64,000 bases of DNA. Origin: an uncultured delta proteobacterium. Its GTDB lineage: Bacteria > Desulfobacterota > Binatia > UBA9968. Numbering within the stretch: the stretch's first letter is position 1; every line of letters starts with the position of its first letter. Location of the stretch: assembly GCA_963771465.1 (NCBI GenBank), contig CAVYTU010000019.1:128001-192000 (forward strand), read 5' to 3'. The notes under the pieces are model-generated. The model did not search any database and had not been told where the DNA came from. It saw nothing but the letters and a program-made list of their open reading frames with translations. The position numbers and the translations under genes are program-made. This document shows positions 59,809 to 64,000 of the stretch, piece after piece.

Positions 59809-60801
59809 TCACCGAATGATCTTGGTTGCCCGTGCTAAAAGATCGGGGGGAATCGTCAGGCCGATTTTCTTAGCCGTTTGGAGATTGATGACGAAATCAA
59901 ACTTCATTGGCTGCTCCACGGGAAGATCCGCGGGACTGGCTCCCTTGAGGATCCTGTCCACGAAATATGCGACGCGCCGGTAGCTCTCCGTATGATCAGC
60001 GCTGTAGGACATGAGACCGCCGACTTCAACATGTTCTTTGTTGACGTACACCGAAGGCAATCGGTTCTTTGTCGCAAACCCGACAATCCGTTTTTGATTG
60101 GCGGCGAATAGAGCGCCCCCAAGCAAATAGAGTCCACCTGGGCGCTGTTTGCTCAGTGCAGCGAATATTCTATCGAAATCGTCTGCGCCTCGTGCCTCCC
60201 AAGGCTGAAGCGTCAACCGCAGCGCACGCGCCGCCTCTGGGAGAACTTCTTCTAGCTCGAGTTCATAGTTCGGATTTCCCGATTCGTAGAGCAATGCGAC
60301 GCGGGAAAGTTTGGGAACCGCTTCTTTGAGCAGCTCCAGCCGCTTACCACCTAATTCTCTGCCAAGGTTGGTAACGCCGGTGACGTTACCACCGGGACGG
60401 GCAAGGCTTTCAACTAGTCCCGCCATCACTGGATCGGCCCCAATGCCCATCATAACGATGGGAATCGTCTTGGTCGCATTCTTGGTTGCCTGGATCGCCC
60501 GCTCCCCTCCCGCTACGAGGATGATATCAACTTTGAGGGTCACCAGCTCGGCCGCGAGATCAGGTAGCCGAGAGCGATTCCCCTCAGCGTATCGGTACTC
60601 GACGACGATGTTCTGTCCTTCGATGTAGCCGCGCTCGCGCAGAGCGAGCCGAATTGCCTCGGCACGGGCGGACTCGGTAGCTGGGTCTGTAATGGCCAGA
60701 TACCCTAGCCGCGGGACCTTCTTCGGTTGCTGCGCGTGGGCGAGAGAGGCAGTAGTCAAAAGTATAGTTGCAAGTTCCCGGATAGCGGTTCTTCTGTCCA
60801 T
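59809..60801 (-). CDS. ABC_sub_bind (putative Trp/Tyr-type) substrate-binding protein
   Basis: QQPKKVPRLG, GYIEGQNI, LAAELV, TKTIPIVM, SLARPGGNVTG, KRLELLKE, GGLMSY, DLPVEQP-KF-INL-TAK. Confidence 0.92.
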   Translation of the reverse strand: MDRRTAIRELATILLTTASLAHAQQPKKVPRLGYLAITDPATESARAEAIRLALRERGYIEGQNIVVEYRYAEGNRSRLPDLAAELVTLKVDIILVAGGERAIQATKNATKTIPIVMMGIGADPVMAGLVESLARPGGNVTGVTNLGRELGGKRLELLKEAVPKLSRVALLYESGNPNYELELEEVLPEAARALRLTLQPWEARGADDFDRIFAALSKQRPGGLYLLGGALFAANQKRIVGFATKNRLPSVYVNKEHVEVGGLMSYSADHTESYRRVAYFVDRILKGASPADLPVEQPMKFDFVINLQTAKKIGLTIPPDLLARATKIIR

Positions 60802-60953
60802 TATCTCTTACCGTTACGCGTTTGCTTCATTGCGCATGACAATTCGAGTCTGACTGGTATACAAAACACACTCTACTAAAACTTCAGGTCCTTCGCGTCT
60901 TCGTCGTGAATACTCCCCCACGGGAAGCAAAGGAGCCGTGTTTCGCACCGATG

Positions 60954-61703
60954 CTACTTCCCATGTGAAAACGCCGGAGCGGTCAGCTCGCGTCTCATAA
61001 ACTCTGTCACCAATGGCCAGGTGAGATCGGCGAGATAGGGCTGGTAGCCGTCCGACTCGGTGGATGCGAAGCCGTGATTGCCGAAGTGAAAATAGTGCCA
61101 CTCCAGCGGCTGACCGTTGGCGTGGAAACTTTCCATCACCTTCATCTGGATCGGAAACGTACTGGTGCGATCGTTGCCGCCGTAGAGCACCATCGACGGG
61201 CATTTGATTTCTCGCGCTGCTTCGTTGGGATGACGCGGCCGGATACGGCTCGCCGGTTCGTCGGCGACCGAAGGATAGTAAGCGACGAACGCCCGCGCCG
61301 CCGGCGTCGCAGCGACGAAATGAATGCCGATACGCCCGCCCATGCAGTAACCGATGACGCCGACGCGCGCGCCGTCGACGTCGTTGCGCGACAGACAATA
61401 GCGCCAGCCGCGGTCGATGACGCGCACGAAGTCCGGATCCGGCGTCTTGTTCTGAATCTCCGTGCCCTTGTCGATATGCTGTTCCGCCGGATAACCGAGC
61501 ATGTGATAAAGATTGGGAATCACCGTCGTGTAGCCAAGCTGCGCGAACCTATACGCCGCGGTTTTCAAATAACCGGTGAGGCCGGAATGCTGATGAATGA
61601 GCAAGAGACCCGGCCCTTTCTCATCGCGCTCGGGATGAGCGATGTAACCTTCGATGCCGTCCTTCTCCTCTTTCAAGCCGCGTGTCACGATTGCCGCCAT
61701 CAT
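60954..61703 (-). CDS. Dienelactone hydrolase family protein
   Basis: GLLLIHQHSGL, GYCMGG, YYP, GGND, GNHGF. Confidence 0.88.
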   Translation of the reverse strand: MMAAIVTRGLKEEKDGIEGYIAHPERDEKGPGLLLIHQHSGLTGYLKTAAYRFAQLGYTTVIPNLYHMLGYPAEQHIDKGTEIQNKTPDPDFVRVIDRGWRYCLSRNDVDGARVGVIGYCMGGRIGIHFVAATPAARAFVAYYPSVADEPASRIRPRHPNEAAREIKCPSMVLYGGNDRTSTFPIQMKVMESFHANGQPLEWHYFHFGNHGFASTESDGYQPYLADLTWPLVTEFMRRELTAPAFSHGK

Positions 61704-61758
61704 TCGCTCCTCCCGCCAGGGACTCAATTGGTTCTATCGGCCGGTCTCCGCAACCGCG

Positions 61759-62739
61759 CTAGGATTTCTTGTAAAGTTTGTCGAAAAAGCCCTCACGGCT
61801 GAGCTTCTCGACGATTGAATTGTCCTGAAAAGTTTCCACCGCAACGCCCTTTTTGCCGATGAATTCCAGAATCGTCTGCACCGCCTCGGGCTCCGCTCGA
61901 GGGATGCGATCCAAATAGGTTACCGAATCGCGATAGTGGTCTTCGACCTGCTTGGGGTCTCCGAGATGAGCGTATTTGGCGATTATCTTAAGCGCGCGTT
62001 CCTTGTTTTGATTCATGAACGCGACCCCCTCGGCGTAGGCACGCACGACGCCTTCAACGGTCTCCGGATTGCGCTTTAATAAATCGCGCGAGACCGCGAT
62101 CATGTTCATCGAATAGGGAATTCCCATGTCGATGAGGTTTACCAGGATCTTTGGCACGGTCTGTCTGGGCCCGCGCAGGTCTCCCGTCACGGCGCCGGCG
62201 ATCTGGCGATTTTGAAATGCCGCGGCCACTTCGAGCGTGCCACCCATCTGGCGCACGTTGACCGCGCCTTCGAGGCCATATTTTCGCAGCAGGATACGCG
62301 TCAAGTTATCCGTGATCGAGCCAAAGCGAGTGACGCCGAGAGTTTTTCCCTTGAGATCTTCGATGCGGTTTATGTCCGGCTGAACGAAGAGCCGGTGATA
62401 GGGCCGGTTCGCGGTGCCGCCGACGGCGACGATCGGCGCGCCGTTCAACACCGCATTGATCACCGCGTTGCTCGCCGCGCTTCCGCCTAGAAGATCGCCG
62501 CCGATCAGAGCCTGAACCACCACCGGACCGGAGGAGATGAAGATAATCTCGGCCTGAATACCGTTCTTTTCAAAGGCGCCGCTTTCCTTGGCCATCCACA
62601 CACCGGTCGCCATCGAACCGATCGACGAGTAGGCAAAACTGATCTTCTTGGATTCCGCCGCGCCAGCAGGGGACAGGGAAAGAAGAATAAACAGCGAAAC
62701 GAACTGGACTCTTCGCAAGTGTTCGAGCATCAGTGTCAT
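61759..62739 (-). CDS. NitT/TauT-family substrate-binding protein (paralog of 56737..57705)
   Basis: Signal peptide; WMAKESGAFEKNG, LKGKTLGVTRFGS, GIPYSMN, EGFFDKLY. Confidence 0.88.
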   Translation of the reverse strand: MTLMLEHLRRVQFVSLFILLSLSPAGAAESKKISFAYSSIGSMATGVWMAKESGAFEKNGIQAEIIFISSGPVVVQALIGGDLLGGSAASNAVINAVLNGAPIVAVGGTANRPYHRLFVQPDINRIEDLKGKTLGVTRFGSITDNLTRILLRKYGLEGAVNVRQMGGTLEVAAAFQNRQIAGAVTGDLRGPRQTVPKILVNLIDMGIPYSMNMIAVSRDLLKRNPETVEGVVRAYAEGVAFMNQNKERALKIIAKYAHLGDPKQVEDHYRDSVTYLDRIPRAEPEAVQTILEFIGKKGVAVETFQDNSIVEKLSREGFFDKLYKKS

Positions 62740-62740
62740 C

Positions 62741-63367
62741 TCATCCTCCGCCGAGACCGCTGCCGAGTATTTCCACTCCCTCGGTTTTCTGAATGTAGCC
62801 GGCAAATTGATACTTGTTCTCCCGCGGGTCGGGCACCCGTTTGGATTTCTTCGGCCCGTCGGTATCGAGCGGCTCGACGCGGGCGCGGATAAAATGCGGG
62901 CCGTCGCTCGACAGCGCTGCCTGAATCTGTGTGCGAAACGCCGCGGCGTCCTCTATGGTGCAGGCGCTCTCGATGCCGCATCCTTTGGCCACCGACTCTA
63001 GATTCATTTTGCCGGCCGTCGCCGTCGGCATGCCCGGCGCATGCTTGTTGCTGCCGAGATAATTCTGGTTGTCTATCAATACAATAGTCAAATTTTTCGG
63101 CGCTTCGTTGGCGATGGTGCCGAGCACGCCGAGATTCAAAGTGAGATTGCCGTCGGAATCGAGCGCGACGATTTTGCGATTAGGCAACGCCAACGCGAGA
63201 CCCAGCGCAGTGGAGGAACACATGCCCATGGTTAGATGAAACAGGTTTGCTTCCCGGTCTTTCAGCTGGCCCCAAAAGCCGCTGTTATTGCCGATGCTGC
63301 TAAGCACGAGCACATCGTCAGGGACGATCGCCGATAATTCTTTTAGCAAAGTAAAGCGCGTTACCAT
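62741..63367 (-). CDS. ThDP-dependent decarboxylase beta subunit (sulfopyruvate/phosphonopyruvate decarboxylase-like)
   Basis: TMGMCSSTALGLALA, DSDGNLTLNLG...IDN ThDP motif; overlaps the alpha gene. Confidence 0.82.
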   Translation of the reverse strand: MVTRFTLLKELSAIVPDDVLVLSSIGNNSGFWGQLKDREANLFHLTMGMCSSTALGLALALPNRKIVALDSDGNLTLNLGVLGTIANEAPKNLTIVLIDNQNYLGSNKHAPGMPTATAGKMNLESVAKGCGIESACTIEDAAAFRTQIQAALSSDGPHFIRARVEPLDTDGPKKSKRVPDPRENKYQFAGYIQKTEGVEILGSGLGGG

Positions 63368-63858
63368 AAAGCCTCCTCGTTCAGCAGCACGGCGACAGGC
63401 TTCAACCAAGCGCGCGCGGATTCATTGCAATCCTTGATGGTGCGGACAATGTCCTCGGGCCGGCTGACGATGCGATAGGGAATATCCATCGCGTTAAGAC
63501 CCGGCTCGGTGGTCTTTTTGTAAAGTCCCATCCAGCGCGGGTCGCCGATATCGCCGCGGTATGGGATGACGACCAAAACCGGCACTTCGTGCAGTAAATT
63601 AATCCGCGCTAAGTGATAAGTCGCCACTAACAAACCCGAGGTGGCGAGAATCAACGCCGGCTTCTTGCCGCCGAACCAAGCACCGAAGCCGATGCCGGTC
63701 GCCTCCGCCTCGTTGGCCGCGCCGACGTAGCGGATGTCACGGTCTTCAGCAAGCATTTTGTAAACTTCGATGAACTGGGCGTCGGGCACGCCGGTGGCGA
63801 AATCGACACCGGCTTCCTTGAGCCCTTGTATCACCAGTTGAGCTTTCGCTGGTTTCAT
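63361..63858 (-). CDS. ThDP-dependent decarboxylase alpha subunit (ComD-like)
   Basis: GVDFATGVPD, ANEAEATGI-GAW-GGKKP, ATSGL, YRGDIGD, TEP-L. Confidence 0.85.
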   Translation of the reverse strand: MKPAKAQLVIQGLKEAGVDFATGVPDAQFIEVYKMLAEDRDIRYVGAANEAEATGIGFGAWFGGKKPALILATSGLLVATYHLARINLLHEVPVLVVIPYRGDIGDPRWMGLYKKTTEPGLNAMDIPYRIVSRPEDIVRTIKDCNESARAWLKPVAVLLNEEALW

Positions 63859-63871
63859 ACCTTCGCCTCTC

Positions 63872-64000
63872 TCAGCGCGGCGGAAGCGGTTGGTTGCCGC
63901 CGAGCAATTTGTAAAATTCAATCACTTCCGGATCGCGCGGCAGATCTTTGATCGCCTTGTCGTTGGCGACTGGCAAAAGCGGCGACGCCTCTTCGCCGGT
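63872..64000 (-). CDS. 3' end of a gene running off the window (possibly a TctC/Bug-like solute-binding protein)
   Basis: Open frame TGEEASPLL...DLPRDPEVIEFYKLLGGNQPLPPR-stop; family guess from recall only. Confidence 0.45.
   Translation of the reverse strand, partial: TGEEASPLLPVANDKAIKDLPRDPEVIEFYKLLGGNQPLPPR

Noticed and set aside
62741-63858. Coenzyme M or phosphonate biosynthesis cluster
   Set aside because: No comA/B/C or pepM is in the window; only family-level similarity is supported
1-64000. tRNA, rRNA, riboswitch or CRISPR array
   Set aside because: I saw no cloverleaf/T-loop signature, rRNA-like tract, recognisable aptamer or regularly spaced repeat-spacer array by eye; an Infernal/Rfam scan would be needed to exclude small RNAs

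Overview
A 64-kb gene-dense window of a bacterial chromosome from a diderm (OmpA, porins, an AsmA/YdbH-like bridge protein). I found no rRNA, tRNA, CRISPR array, transposase or phage genes. The many solute-binding proteins, UbiD enzymes, amidohydrolases and heme-oxygenase-like enzymes resemble Candidatus Binatia/deltaproteobacteria-like genomes; this is an inference only. Layout: (1) 0-9 kb, a strictly alternating minus-strand array of four secreted YtcJ-like amidohydrolases and three secreted rhodanese-domain proteins; the first pair has lost catalytic residues in both partners. (2) 9-15 kb, two head-to-head TPR lipoprotein paralogs and a tandem near-identical duplication of a Cys-paired porin-like gene. 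(3) 15-36 kb, mostly envelope/housekeeping genes (glycerate kinase, OmpA, SLTs, mscL, YdbH/YdbL-like, proC, spermidine-synthase-like fusion, UbiD, JAMM peptidase, hydrolases). (4) 36-64 kb, six heme-oxygenase-like diiron (HDO, PqqC/CADD/TenA fold) paralogs in two subfamilies, with orphan solute-binding proteins (one lacking a signal peptide), two more UbiD decarboxylases, GGT, a VOC protein, a dienelactone hydrolase, an F420-type LLM and a split ComD/ComE-like ThDP decarboxylase. (5) This last region is interrupted at about 39-47.5 kb by a heavily frameshifted block: CHASE2 cyclase, FecR-TPR-barrel protein, Cys-rich secreted protein and DsbA. Scattered single-base indels look like uncorrected long-read errors. 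The best candidates for an undescribed system are the amidohydrolase-rhodanese array and the multi-HDO cluster. All family assignments come from motif recognition by eye; no searches were run.
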